From Coriobacteriia bacterium (GTDB taxonomy: Bacteria > Actinomycetota > Coriobacteriia > Anaerosomatales > SLCP01): a DNA stretch of 64,000 bases. The notes beneath the pieces are model-generated. The model saw only the letters and a program-made list of their open reading frames with translations, did no database searches and was not told the DNA's origin. The stretch covers positions 23,653 to 87,652 of the forward strand of contig SKMN01000028.1 of the NCBI GenBank assembly GCA_007121015.1. Reading direction: 5' to 3'. This document shows, piece after piece, positions 16,243 to 25,133 of the stretch (position 1 is the first letter of the stretch; each line of letters opens with the position of its first letter). The position numbers and the translations under genes are program-made.

Positions 16243-17553
16243 GTGCGCGTGAAAGTGGCCGTGATCGGATCGGGAATCTCGGGGCTTGGGGCCGCCTGGC
16301 TGCTCTCTTCGACACACGAGGTCGACATCTTCGAAGCCGAGGACCGGCTCGGCGGACACGCGCACACACACGACGTGCGCGTCGGCGGCAAGACCGTCGC
16401 CGCGGACACCGGCTTCATGGTGTACAACGAACGCACGTACCCGAACCTCATCCGCTTCTTCGAGCGGCTCGGCGTGACGTACGCCGCCAGCGACATGTCC
16501 TTCTCGGTCCAGTGTCCCGATGAGGGCATCGAGTGGAGCGGGTCGAGCGTCGACACGATCTTCGCCCAGCGCACGAACCTCGCGAACCCGCTGTTCCTGG
16601 GGATGCTCGTCGACATCGTCCGCTTCTCCCGGAGGGCCGAGCGCCTCCTTGCCGATGAGAGCGTCGACGCGCTCACCCTGGGCGAACTGCTCGACCGCGA
16701 GCGGTTCGGTCACGGCTTCACCGACTGGTACCTCGTGCCGATGGGCTCGGCGATCTGGTCGACACCCGCCGGCAAGATGCGCGACTTCCCGGCGAAGAGC
16801 TTCCTGCGCTTCGCCGACAACCATGGCCTGCTCCACATCGCCGACAAACCCCAGTGGCGCAGCCTCGTGGGGGGCGCACGTACGTACGTCGACGCCGCGG
16901 CCGCCCGCGTGTCCGGCGCGATCCACCTCGCGAGCCCTGTGGAGCGCGTCGACCGGGTGGGCGGCGGCGTCGAGGTCGTGTGGCCGGACGGCTCCGCACG
17001 CTACGACGCCGCGGTCATCGCCACGCACGCGCCGCAGGCACTCTCGCTCCTCGGCGAGCCTACCGACACGGAGTGCTCCATCCTCGGGACGTTCGGGGCC
17101 AACGACAACGACGTCATCCTCCACACCGACACCTCGTTCCTGCCGGACAACGCGCGCGTCCACGCCTCGTGGAACTACTACAGCGACGCAGCAGACACGA
17201 GCACGGCGACCCTCGCGCTCACCTACTACCTCAACCGCCTCCAGCCGCTCGGCACCGACTTTCCTCTGCTCGTGACGCTGAACGCCCAGCGCGAACCAGA
17301 CGCCGACAGCGTGCTCGGCCGGATGCGCTACGTGCACCCGCTGTTCGGTCGTGATGCGATAGCCGCGCAGGCGCGTCTCGGCGAGATACAGGGGAACGGC
17401 GGTGTGTGGTTCACCGGTGCGTGGCAGCGCTACGGCTTCCACGAAGATGGACTGCTCTCCGCGGTACGCGTGGCCGAGGCGATGGGCGCGCACCTGCCGT
17501 GGGGCGACGAACTCGACGAGACTCGCACGCGGGTCCAGGGGGCCGCGTCGTGA
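16243..17553 (+). CDS. NAD(P)/FAD-dependent oxidoreductase (amine-oxidase-like, COG2907 type)
   Basis: N-terminal Rossmann motif KVAVIGSGISGLGAAWLL…DIFEAEDRLGGHA. It is followed by DUF1365 and cfa genes, the usual partners of this family. Confidence 0.85.
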   Translation: MRVKVAVIGSGISGLGAAWLLSSTHEVDIFEAEDRLGGHAHTHDVRVGGKTVAADTGFMVYNERTYPNLIRFFERLGVTYAASDMSFSVQCPDEGIEWSGSSVDTIFAQRTNLANPLFLGMLVDIVRFSRRAERLLADESVDALTLGELLDRERFGHGFTDWYLVPMGSAIWSTPAGKMRDFPAKSFLRFADNHGLLHIADKPQWRSLVGGARTYVDAAAARVSGAIHLASPVERVDRVGGGVEVVWPDGSARYDAAVIATHAPQALSLLGEPTDTECSILGTFGANDNDVILHTDTSFLPDNARVHASWNYYSDAADTSTATLALTYYLNRLQPLGTDFPLLVTLNAQREPDADSVLGRMRYVHPLFGRDAIAAQARLGEIQGNGGVWFTGAWQRYGFHEDGLLSAVRVAEAMGAHLPWGDELDETRTRVQGAAS

Positions 17554-18326
17554 GCCAGGCCTTCGACAGCGGACTGTACGTAGGCACCGTCGTCCACGAG
17601 CGCAAGCGGCCGCGCACCAACCGGTTCCGCTACGGCATCTACTTCATCTACGCCGACCTCGACGAGCTCGATGCGCTCGACGCCTCACTCCGTCTGTTCT
17701 CCTTGAACCGCCCGAACATCTTCTCGCTTCGGTTCGAAGACCATGGCCCGCGCGACGGCTCGCCGCTCCGTCCGTGGATCGACGGCGTGCTCGCCCGCGC
17801 CGGCATCGACCTCGAAGGCGGAGCGGTGCGGCTCCTCACCTTCCCGCGGGTGCTCGGCTTCAAGTTCTTCCCGGTCGCCTTCTGGTACTGCTTCCACGCC
17901 GACGGCACGCCGCGCGGTGTGCTGGCCGAGGTGAACAACACCTTCGGCGACCACCACAACTACCTGCTGCACGCCTCGGGAGGGGTATTCGACTGGCACA
18001 CCGTTCCCGAGGCCCGCAAGGTGTTCCACGTCTCGCCCTTCATCGAGATGGACGCCCGCTACGAGTTCCGCTTCTCCGAGCCCGGCGAACGCGTATCCGT
18101 GTCGCTCTTCGACTACGTGAGCGGGCCGCTGCTGCTCGTCGCGGCGATCTCGCTCGCACGCCGCCCACTCACAGACCGCGAACTCCTCAAGGCAGTCGCA
18201 CGCTACGGCCCGATATCGCTTCGCGCGTGGCTGCTCATCCACTACCAGGCGATCCGCCTGTTCTTCTTCAAACGCATCGCATACGTTCCCCGCACGCCGC
18301 CACCCGAGGAGGAGACGTCATGGTAG
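17550..18326 (+). CDS. DUF1365 family protein
   Basis: GTG 17550 (GTGA overlap with the upstream stop) gives VSQAFDSGLYVGTVVHERKRPRTNRFRYGIYFIYADLDELD…LFSLNRPNIFSLRFEDHG…, the characteristic DUF1365 N-terminus. Confidence 0.85.
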   Translation: MSQAFDSGLYVGTVVHERKRPRTNRFRYGIYFIYADLDELDALDASLRLFSLNRPNIFSLRFEDHGPRDGSPLRPWIDGVLARAGIDLEGGAVRLLTFPRVLGFKFFPVAFWYCFHADGTPRGVLAEVNNTFGDHHNYLLHASGGVFDWHTVPEARKVFHVSPFIEMDARYEFRFSEPGERVSVSLFDYVSGPLLLVAAISLARRPLTDRELLKAVARYGPISLRAWLLIHYQAIRLFFFKRIAYVPRTPPPEEETSW

Positions 18327-19522
18327 GCTCAGCCAGCCCGCACGGTGCCGGCCCCCGGACCGTCTACGAGCGCCTGGTGCACCTCATACTTCAGCAGCGC
18401 CTACCTGCCGGCACGCTCGACATCACGTGGCCTGGTGGCGGGACGACGAGCTACATCGGCCGAGAGACCGGTCCTCACGCCGAGGTGCACCTGCACGACA
18501 GCGCCGCCGCCAAGCACATCGCCCGTGCAGGCTCGATGGGCCTCGCGGAGTCCTACATGGACGGACGGTGGGACACGCCCGACCTGACCGCCGTGCTGGA
18601 CCTCGGCGCCGCCGGCATGAAAGCGGGCGGGATGGAGGGTGCCGACGGACGTCCTTCGGTCGTGCACCGACTCGCACACGCGCTCGCCGCCAACACCCGT
18701 CGCGGCTCGAAACGCAACATCGCCGCCCACTACGACCTCGGCAACGATTTCTACGAGCTGTGGCTCGATCCCGGCATGACGTACTCGGCGGCCTGCTTCG
18801 AGGACGACTGCGCCAATCTGGCCGAGGCGCAGCGCCGCAAGTACGACCGCATGCTCGAGATCACCGACCCCGACACCCGCTCGCACTTGCTCGAGATAGG
18901 CTGCGGGTGGGGCGGATTCGCCGTACACGCAGCCCGGACCGCCGGGTGCCGGGTGACCGGCGTCACCCTCTCGCGCGAGCAGTACGACCGGGCGCGGGCC
19001 CGCGTGGTCGCCGAAGGCCTCGAAGACAGGATCGACATCGTACTGAAGGACTACCGCGACGTCCCTGGCACCTACGACCGCATCGTGTCGATCGAGATGT
19101 TCGAGGCCGTAGGCGAGCGGTACTGGCCGGTGTTCTTCCGCCGCGTCCGCGAGCTGCTGACGAAGACCGGGGCGGCGGCTATGCAGACGATCACGATCCC
19201 CGAGGAGCGGTTCGAGAACTACCGCGACAACCCCGACTTCATCCAGCGCTACATCTTTCCCGGCGGCATGCTGCCGAGTCCCGAGCGGTTCGCACTCGCT
19301 GCACACGACGCCGGGCTCGAGGTCGGCGAGCCGCACTTCTTCGGCCACTCGTACGCCGACACGCTACAGGCGTGGCTCGGACGGTTCGACTCGGTGGCCG
19401 ACGACGTCCGTGTACTCGGCTTTGACGAGCGGTTCGTACGGATGTGGCGCTTCTACCTCGCGTTCTGTCGCGCCGGTTTTCGCTACGACTCCATCGATGT
19501 CATGCAGGTCGCGCTCAGGTAG
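18320..19522 (+). CDS. cfa: Cyclopropane-fatty-acyl-phospholipid synthase family SAM methyltransferase
   Basis: ATG 18320 after GAGGAGGAG. Motifs …NIAAHYDLGNDFYELWLDPGMTYSAACF…LLEIGCGWGGFAVHAA…SIEMFEAVGERYW…YIFPGGMLPS…WRFYLAFCRAGF… are diagnostic of the CFA synthase family. Confidence 0.9.
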   Translation: MVGSASPHGAGPRTVYERLVHLILQQRLPAGTLDITWPGGGTTSYIGRETGPHAEVHLHDSAAAKHIARAGSMGLAESYMDGRWDTPDLTAVLDLGAAGMKAGGMEGADGRPSVVHRLAHALAANTRRGSKRNIAAHYDLGNDFYELWLDPGMTYSAACFEDDCANLAEAQRRKYDRMLEITDPDTRSHLLEIGCGWGGFAVHAARTAGCRVTGVTLSREQYDRARARVVAEGLEDRIDIVLKDYRDVPGTYDRIVSIEMFEAVGERYWPVFFRRVRELLTKTGAAAMQTITIPEERFENYRDNPDFIQRYIFPGGMLPSPERFALAAHDAGLEVGEPHFFGHSYADTLQAWLGRFDSVADDVRVLGFDERFVRMWRFYLAFCRAGFRYDSIDVMQVALR

Positions 19523-19569
19523 CGCTTCGTGCTAGCCGCTGCGACACCACGACGTCTGCGGACACACAA

Positions 19570-19602
19570 ACGCCCCTCCGTCGCCGAGGATCGGAGAGGC
19601 GT
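19570..19602 (-). terminator. GC-rich hairpin trailing tRNA-Ile (also downstream of convergent cfa)
   Basis: Minus-strand RNA ACGCCUCUCCG / CGGAGGGGCGU forms 11 pairs (one G-U), 13 nt after the tRNA 3' end. It shares the exact plus-strand 11-mer acgcccctccg with the hairpin at 4890. Confidence 0.4.
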
Positions 19603-19614
19603 CTGTAGCGGTGT

Positions 19615-19691
19615 TGGTGGGCCCGAGTGGATTCGAACCACTGACCTCACGGTTATCAGCCGTGCGCTCTAACCAACTGAGCTACGGGCCC
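19615..19691 (-). tRNA. tRNA-Ile (anticodon GAU), CCA encoded
   Basis: Reverse complement is GGGCCCGTAGCTCAGTTGGTTAGAGCGCACGGCTGATAACCGTGAGGTCAGTGGTTCGAATCCACTCGGGCCCACCA. Canonical cloverleaf with anticodon loop CT-GAT-AA. Confidence 0.95.
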
Positions 19692-19787
19692 TCGCCCTGG
19701 AGCGGGCGAAACGCCCCCGTACCATAGCCGACATCCGAGCGACGGTCAAGCGCGCGGGCACCGCACAACCGCTGGTCAGGCGCGTGC

Positions 19788-20198
19788 TCACCTGCCGAGG
19801 AGCCTGACTTCCACCCGCCGCTCCCTCGGACCGTCGAACTCGCAGAGAAACACGCCCTGCCACGTGCCGAGCGCGAGTCGGCCGTCGCTCACCGGCACGA
19901 GCGCGAAGCCCCCGACGAGCGACGCCTTGACGTGGGCATCGGCGTTACCCTCCTCGTGACGGTAGTCGCCATCGGGCGGCACGACACCACGAAGCGCACG
20001 CACGATGTCCGCGGCCACGTCCGGGTCGGCGGCCTCGTTCACCGTGATACCGGCGGTGGTGTGCGGGCACCAAACGTGCGCGAGTCCCTCGGACACTCCC
20101 AGACCAGCGATCGCATCCTCCACCTCGCGCGTGATGTCGACGAGCATCTCCCGCGTCGTCGAACGGACCACTATCGAACGCGCCCTGGTGTCAGCCAT
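19788..20198 (-). CDS. YjbQ/UPF0047 family protein (secondary thiamine-phosphate synthase-like)
   Basis: Internal ATG 20198 gives MADTRARSIVVRSTTREMLVDITREV…VWCPHTTAGITVNEAADPDV…HEEGNADAHVKASLVG…LALGTWQGVFLCEFDGPRERRV, the UPF0047 signature. Confidence 0.85.
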   Translation of the reverse strand: MADTRARSIVVRSTTREMLVDITREVEDAIAGLGVSEGLAHVWCPHTTAGITVNEAADPDVAADIVRALRGVVPPDGDYRHEEGNADAHVKASLVGGFALVPVSDGRLALGTWQGVFLCEFDGPRERRVEVRLLGR

Positions 20199-20288
20199 GA
20201 CGCCCCCCCTCACGCGATGGACGGTCGATTCCCTATCGTATGATAGTGGAAGGTAGTGTAGAGAAGCCCAGTGAAGGAGGCGGAACGA

Positions 20289-20783
20289 GTGGTGCACGTG
20301 CGCATAGCGAGCCTCAGCGTGGACTCGGTGTCGAACCAGCCGGTGATCATCTTGCGGCCCGTCGACGAGTCGGTCGCCGAGGGACGCCTCGTGCCAATCT
20401 GGATCGGCCAGGCCGAGGCCACCGCCATCCTGCTCGCGCTACAGGACATCTCGCCTCCCCGCCCGATGACGCACGACCTGTTCACGCGCGTGATCGCCCG
20501 GCTGGACACCACGCTCTCGCGCGTCGAGATCACGCGCATCGAGGGCGGGACGTTCTACGCGAACCTCATCTTGGCCGATGCGAGCGGCTCCGAGCACGAG
20601 GTCGACGCCCGGCCGAGCGACTCGATAGCCCTTGCCGTGCGCACCGGCTCACCCATCTACCTCTCGGAGCAGGTCCTCGAGGAGGCCGCCGTCATCGAGG
20701 TGGTGGCCGAGGACGAAGAGGACGAGGTCGAGCAGTTCCGGTCGTTCCTCGACCACGTCGATCCGAGCGACTTCCAGTCGTGA
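20289..20783 (+). CDS. Bifunctional nuclease family protein (DUF151/BFN domain)
   Basis: GTG 20289 lies 8 nt after GAAGGAGG. …NQPVIILRPVDE…RLVPIWIGQAEATAILLALQDISPPRPMTHDL… matches the BFN domain, followed by an acidic C-terminal tail. Confidence 0.8.
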   Translation: MVHVRIASLSVDSVSNQPVIILRPVDESVAEGRLVPIWIGQAEATAILLALQDISPPRPMTHDLFTRVIARLDTTLSRVEITRIEGGTFYANLILADASGSEHEVDARPSDSIALAVRTGSPIYLSEQVLEEAAVIEVVAEDEEDEVEQFRSFLDHVDPSDFQS

Positions 20784-20855
20784 GGTAGCGCATCGGCGCC
20801 CGCCTGCGGACCGGGACGCCCCGGCCCGTGACGCGCCCCGGGCCCGTTCGCGACG

Positions 20856-22046
20856 TCACTCGTAGCGCAATGCCTCGATCGGGTCGAGACGGGAGGCCTT
20901 GTACGCCGGATACACGCCGAAGAAGATCCCCACCGCTGCCGAGAACGTGAACGCGAGGCCCACCGCCCACACCGTGACCTCGGTCGGCACCCACTGCTGC
21001 AGCACCGCCGCACCCGCTGCGCCAAGCGCGATGCCAACGACACCGCCCACCACCGAGAGCGAGACCGCCTCGATCACGAACTGGCTCATGATGTCGTGCG
21101 TGCGTGCGCCCACGGCCTTTCGGATGCCGATCTCGCGCGTCCGCTCACTCACGCTCACGAGCATGATGTTCATGATGCCGATGCCCCCCACGAGCAGCGA
21201 GATCCCGGCGATTCCGGCAAGCATGAACGTGAGCGTTCCGAGGATGGCCTGGAACAGGCCGAGCGTTTGGTCCTGGGTGAGCACGGTGAACTCGTCGCCG
21301 AACCCCGGCCGCAGGATCGACTCGACCTGGTGCTTGACCGCGTCCACCTCGTCAGCGGTGTCCGCCTTCACGACTATCGATGATATGTCGGTCGAGCCAA
21401 GCAGCCGCTGCGCTGTGGTGACCGGCATGTAGATCTGGTTGTCCTGGTCGCCGGTGAGCGACCCTCCCTGCGCGACGACGTGCCCGATGACCGTGAACCG
21501 CTGGCCGCTGACGTTGAGGGTCCGTCCGAGCGGGTCTTGGTTCGGGAAGAGACGGTCGCGCACGCTCGACCCGATGACGACGACACGGGACGCCGCCACG
21601 ACCTCACTGCGGCGGTACCCTCGGCCACTCTCGTACTCGGAGGTGAAGACGGTATCGGAGAACTCGTTTCCCGCCGCTATCGTCGTGCGCATCGTGCGGT
21701 TCCCTACCCTGAGCGTAGCCGGTCCCTGCACGATGGGGACGACCGCGTGACGGTCATCGAGCCGCCGCTGCACGAGATCCGCGTCCTCGAGGGTGAACTG
21801 GCGCCGTATCGTGATGCCCCCGCCCGGGCCTCCTCCGTCCTCGAAGTTGCCCGCGAACACGAAGACGAGGTTGGAGCCGAGGCCCTCGATCGAGCCGGTG
21901 ATCTCGTCTTGCACGCCGCTGCCGATCGCCACGAGCAGGATGACCGCCGCTACGCCGATGATGACCCCGAGCATGGTGAGCGCGCTGCGCACCTTGTTGG
22001 CGCCGAGCGCGCGGAGGGCGATGCGGAAACTCTCGACTACGTTCAC
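20856..22046 (-). CDS. ABC transporter permease, MacB/FtsX type
   Basis: 396 aa with an N-terminal TM helix, a large extracytoplasmic MacB_PCD-like domain, and a C-terminal FtsX 3-TM bundle (…[27 protein letters not shown]…[21 protein letters not shown]). Confidence 0.9.
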   Translation of the reverse strand: MNVVESFRIALRALGANKVRSALTMLGVIIGVAAVILLVAIGSGVQDEITGSIEGLGSNLVFVFAGNFEDGGGPGGGITIRRQFTLEDADLVQRRLDDRHAVVPIVQGPATLRVGNRTMRTTIAAGNEFSDTVFTSEYESGRGYRRSEVVAASRVVVIGSSVRDRLFPNQDPLGRTLNVSGQRFTVIGHVVAQGGSLTGDQDNQIYMPVTTAQRLLGSTDISSIVVKADTADEVDAVKHQVESILRPGFGDEFTVLTQDQTLGLFQAILGTLTFMLAGIAGISLLVGGIGIMNIMLVSVSERTREIGIRKAVGARTHDIMSQFVIEAVSLSVVGGVVGIALGAAGAAVLQQWVPTEVTVWAVGLAFTFSAAVGIFFGVYPAYKASRLDPIEALRYE

Positions 22047-22792
22047 AGCCCGACACCTCCCGGCTCGTCCGAGCCTGTGGTGGCGGGTCGCTCCACCTCT
22101 GCGGCAAGGATGCGCGCAGTGACGGCCTCGTCTCGGACGATGCGACCGTCGCGGATGTGCACGATCCGCTCGGAGTGGCGAGCGACGTCGTCGTCGTGGG
22201 TGACGATCACCACGGTGATGCCGTGCTCGTTGAGTTCCTGCAAGATGTTCATGACCTCGACGCCGGACGAGGAGTCGAGGTTGCCTGTGGGTTCGTCGGC
22301 AAGCACGATCGAGGGGTCGGTCACGAGCGCGCGCGCGATGGCGACGCGCTGTTGCTGCCCGCCGGAGAGCTGGTTGGGCAGGTGGCCGAGACGATCGGCG
22401 AGCCCCACCCGCTCGAGCGCTGCCCGCGCCCTGCGCGTGCGCTCCGAACCGGAGACCCCGGCGTAGACGAGCGGCAGCTCGACGTTGGCAAGCGCGGTAG
22501 TACGGCTGAGCAGGTTGAATGATTGGAACACGAACCCGATGCGCCGGTTGCGGACCGCCGCGAGCTCGTTGGGGGTCATGCGCGAGACCTCCTCGCCCTC
22601 GACCACGACGCTGCCGGACGTGGGTCGGTCGAGTAGGCCGATGAGGTGCATGAGGGTCGACTTGCCCGAGCCGGACGGGCCCATGATGGATAGCATCTGG
22701 CCCTCACAGATCGAGAGGTCGACCTCTCGCAGCGCATGCACGTCTACCTCGCCGAGGTGATAACACTTGCTCACGGAACGAGCTTCGAGCAC
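22043..22792 (-). CDS. ABC transporter ATP-binding protein (MacB-type ATPase)
   Basis: Walker [10 protein letters not shown], signature [15 protein letters not shown], Walker [13 protein letters not shown]. Start placed at GTG 22792, 6 nt after GGGGAG; ATG 22852 is the alternative. The stop overlaps the permease start. Confidence 0.9.
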   Translation of the reverse strand: MLEARSVSKCYHLGEVDVHALREVDLSICEGQMLSIMGPSGSGKSTLMHLIGLLDRPTSGSVVVEGEEVSRMTPNELAAVRNRRIGFVFQSFNLLSRTTALANVELPLVYAGVSGSERTRRARAALERVGLADRLGHLPNQLSGGQQQRVAIARALVTDPSIVLADEPTGNLDSSSGVEVMNILQELNEHGITVVIVTHDDDVARHSERIVHIRDGRIVRDEAVTARILAAEVERPATTGSDEPGGVGL

Positions 22793-22861
22793 GGTGCGCT
22801 CCCCATCGCACCTCGCATCCACTCTCGCGCCCTCACCCGGTGTGCCGCCCATGCGCGAGGG

Positions 22862-24343
22862 CTACCTGACGCTGACGAGCATGCCATCGGCCAACTCCTC
22901 GGGACCGGCGAGGGCGACCCTCTCGCCTGCGCGCACGCCTGAGGTGATCTCGATGACCGACTCGGTAAGCGCGCCCAGCTGAACCGGCGTCCGCACGAGG
23001 CGGTCGTCCTCCTCGATGACGAACACGTACGACCCGGTCGCGTCGTCGAAGAGCGCCTCGATCGGCAAGGTCACGACGGAAGACACGCGGCTCACCTCGA
23101 TCTCCGCATCGCCCTTCATGCCGAGAAGTACCGTGGCGCCATCGGCTTCCACGCGCAGGTATACGGGGAACACCGTTCCCCCGGTCGGCGTGAGGGTGGC
23201 AGCCGGACGGATCTCAGAGACCGTCGTCTCGAACGAGCGGTCCGGTAGCGCGTCGAGACGCACCCTGGCGGACATACCGGTCTCGACGAGCGCCACATCG
23301 ACCTCGTCGACCTCGGCGGTGAACCGCATCGTCTCGAAGCGGACCACCGTGAATGGTGCCGTCTGCGGGGCGACGGCAGCGCCGGGAGCGGCCTTGGGGA
23401 CCGAGCCGTCGGCCGAGGGGGTCCCAAGCGGGTTGAAGAGCACGGTGCCGTCGACGGGCGCTCGCATCTCGGCCTTGGCGCGGTTCGACTCGGCGAGCGC
23501 GAGCGCTTCACGCGCCTGTTCGAGTGCCGCGCGTGCCGCCGAGCGCTGCGGTGACACGTCCACGCCCTCGAGCTTCTCCTGCTGCGCCTTCGCGCTCAGG
23601 TACGCGGCGTAAGCCTGCGCCACGCCTGCGTCGGCGGATGCCTGTTGAGCCGACAGGTCGACGGAGGCCAACGAGCGCTCGGTCGCCTGCGCGCCGAGGT
23701 ACACCGCGTATGCCTGGTCGCGTGCCACGGCGGCAGCGGTGAGGCTCGCATCGGCCGAGGGCGTCGGGCTGAGGTCGTAGACGGCCTTCAATGTGTCGTA
23801 TGCATCGGAGGCCTGATCGTAGGCGGTCCGTGCGGCGCGGGTCGCAGCGGCCGCCGCCTGCTTCTCGACATCGCCCGGCGCCTGGTCGCTCACTGACGCG
23901 GCCGCGATCTGCGCAGAGCGGTATGCCTGCCACGCGGCGTCGGTAGCGCTGCGGGCCGCCTCGAGCTCCGCACTCCCCGGCGACTGATCGTCGACCGCCT
24001 GCAGGCCCGCTTCGGCCTGGGCGAGGCCCGCTTCGGCCTGGGCGACCGCTAGATCGAGTGGCTCGGGGTCGAGGACGGCGATGACGTCACCCGCCACGAC
24101 CTGCTGCCCGTCGACGACCCGGACCTCGGCGAGCACGCCGGCTGCCGGCGGGAACACATCGCCGCGCGCGTCAGACTCCACGCTTCCCGCGGCAGTCACC
24201 GTCACCGCGATGTCGTCGACCATCGCTGTCGCTGCATCGACGGTCGCGGCCGGTCTGGTCGCGCTGTACGCGACCGCGGCAGCGATCCCCCCGACGATCA
24301 CCAAGCTCGTCACGGCGGCTACCATCTTGGTCTTTGGCGACAC
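22862..24343 (-). CDS. Efflux transporter periplasmic adaptor (HlyD/MacA family)
   Basis: GTG 24343 lies 7 nt after AAGGAGG. It has an N-terminal TM helix, a lipoyl-like hairpin (…VVDGQQVVAGDVIAVLD…), a long Ala-rich coiled coil, then a beta-barrel (…GMSARVRLDALPDRSFETTVSEI…). The track's longer N-terminus overlaps the HAD gene. Confidence 0.8.
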   Translation of the reverse strand: MSPKTKMVAAVTSLVIVGGIAAAVAYSATRPAATVDAATAMVDDIAVTVTAAGSVESDARGDVFPPAAGVLAEVRVVDGQQVVAGDVIAVLDPEPLDLAVAQAEAGLAQAEAGLQAVDDQSPGSAELEAARSATDAAWQAYRSAQIAAASVSDQAPGDVEKQAAAAATRAARTAYDQASDAYDTLKAVYDLSPTPSADASLTAAAVARDQAYAVYLGAQATERSLASVDLSAQQASADAGVAQAYAAYLSAKAQQEKLEGVDVSPQRSAARAALEQAREALALAESNRAKAEMRAPVDGTVLFNPLGTPSADGSVPKAAPGAAVAPQTAPFTVVRFETMRFTAEVDEVDVALVETGMSARVRLDALPDRSFETTVSEIRPAATLTPTGGTVFPVYLRVEADGATVLLGMKGDAEIEVSRVSSVVTLPIEALFDDATGSYVFVIEEDDRLVRTPVQLGALTESVIEITSGVRAGERVALAGPEELADGMLVSVR

Positions 24344-24464
24344 TGGTCGTCCTCCTTGTTCGCGTACACTGCCGATCACAGGCGTGCGTCGCCCGTCCTT
24401 CACCCTACGCCGAAACGCGGGTATCGGCACGTGCGCGGGTATAGTTGTCCGACGCCGGAAGCAC

Positions 24465-25133
24465 CTACACGCGGCCGAGCAGCTCCGGCAGCTCGGAGAT
24501 GGACGCGAGCGCGTGGTGGGGGCCGGGCGCGAGGAGCTCCTCGGCCGAGAACGCCCCCCAGAGCGCTGCGATAGCAAGCGCCCCGCCAGCTAGCGCGGCA
24601 GCCATGTCGTACGGGCTGTCGCCTACGTACGCACAACGCTCGATCGGCACGCCGAGTCGTGTCGCCGCGTGACAGAGCGGGAACGGGTCCGGCTTGTGTA
24701 CCTCGACGTCGTCGGCGGTGACGACGACCGGGAAGTAGTGGCTCAGCCCGAACACCGCAAGGCCGTGGTGCGCCATCGGCGAGCCCTTCGAGGTCACCAC
24801 GCCCATCGGTCGGCCGGTCGCTGCGATGGCGTCGAGCGCCTCGTGGACACCCGGATACTCGCGCGCTATCTCGTCGTGATGGGCGGCATTGTGCTCGCGG
24901 TAGACGCGCACGAGCTCCTCGGCGTGATCGGGCGCGAACTGGCGCATCTGACGCGAGAGCGGCACGCCGATGTTCTCGAGCAGCAGCCTGTCAGGCAACG
25001 GTTCGCCGAGGACGGCGCCCGTGGCGTGCCGGAACGACGTCAAGATGAGCTCGATGGTGTCGATGAGCGTGCCGTCGAGGTCGAACAGGACGGCATCGAC
25101 CGCTGAGACCCGCTCGTCGGCTCCGCTCGTCAC
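24465..25133 (-). CDS. HAD-superfamily hydrolase (phosphoglycolate phosphatase/PpaX-like)
   Basis: GTG 25133 overlaps the gyrA stop as GTGA. HAD motifs are [14 protein letters not shown] (I), VVTSK (II) and [12 protein letters not shown] (IV). Confidence 0.85.
   Translation of the reverse strand: MTSGADERVSAVDAVLFDLDGTLIDTIELILTSFRHATGAVLGEPLPDRLLLENIGVPLSRQMRQFAPDHAEELVRVYREHNAAHHDEIAREYPGVHEALDAIAATGRPMGVVTSKGSPMAHHGLAVFGLSHYFPVVVTADDVEVHKPDPFPLCHAATRLGVPIERCAYVGDSPYDMAAALAGGALAIAALWGAFSAEELLAPGPHHALASISELPELLGRV

Noticed and set aside
24344-24577. N-terminal extension of the HlyD-type adaptor (track ORF starts at 24577)
   Set aside because: The extension overlaps the 3' end of the HAD hydrolase gene and is Arg/Ser/Pro-rich. 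GTG 24343 has an ideal AAGGAGG RBS and is followed directly by the TM helix.
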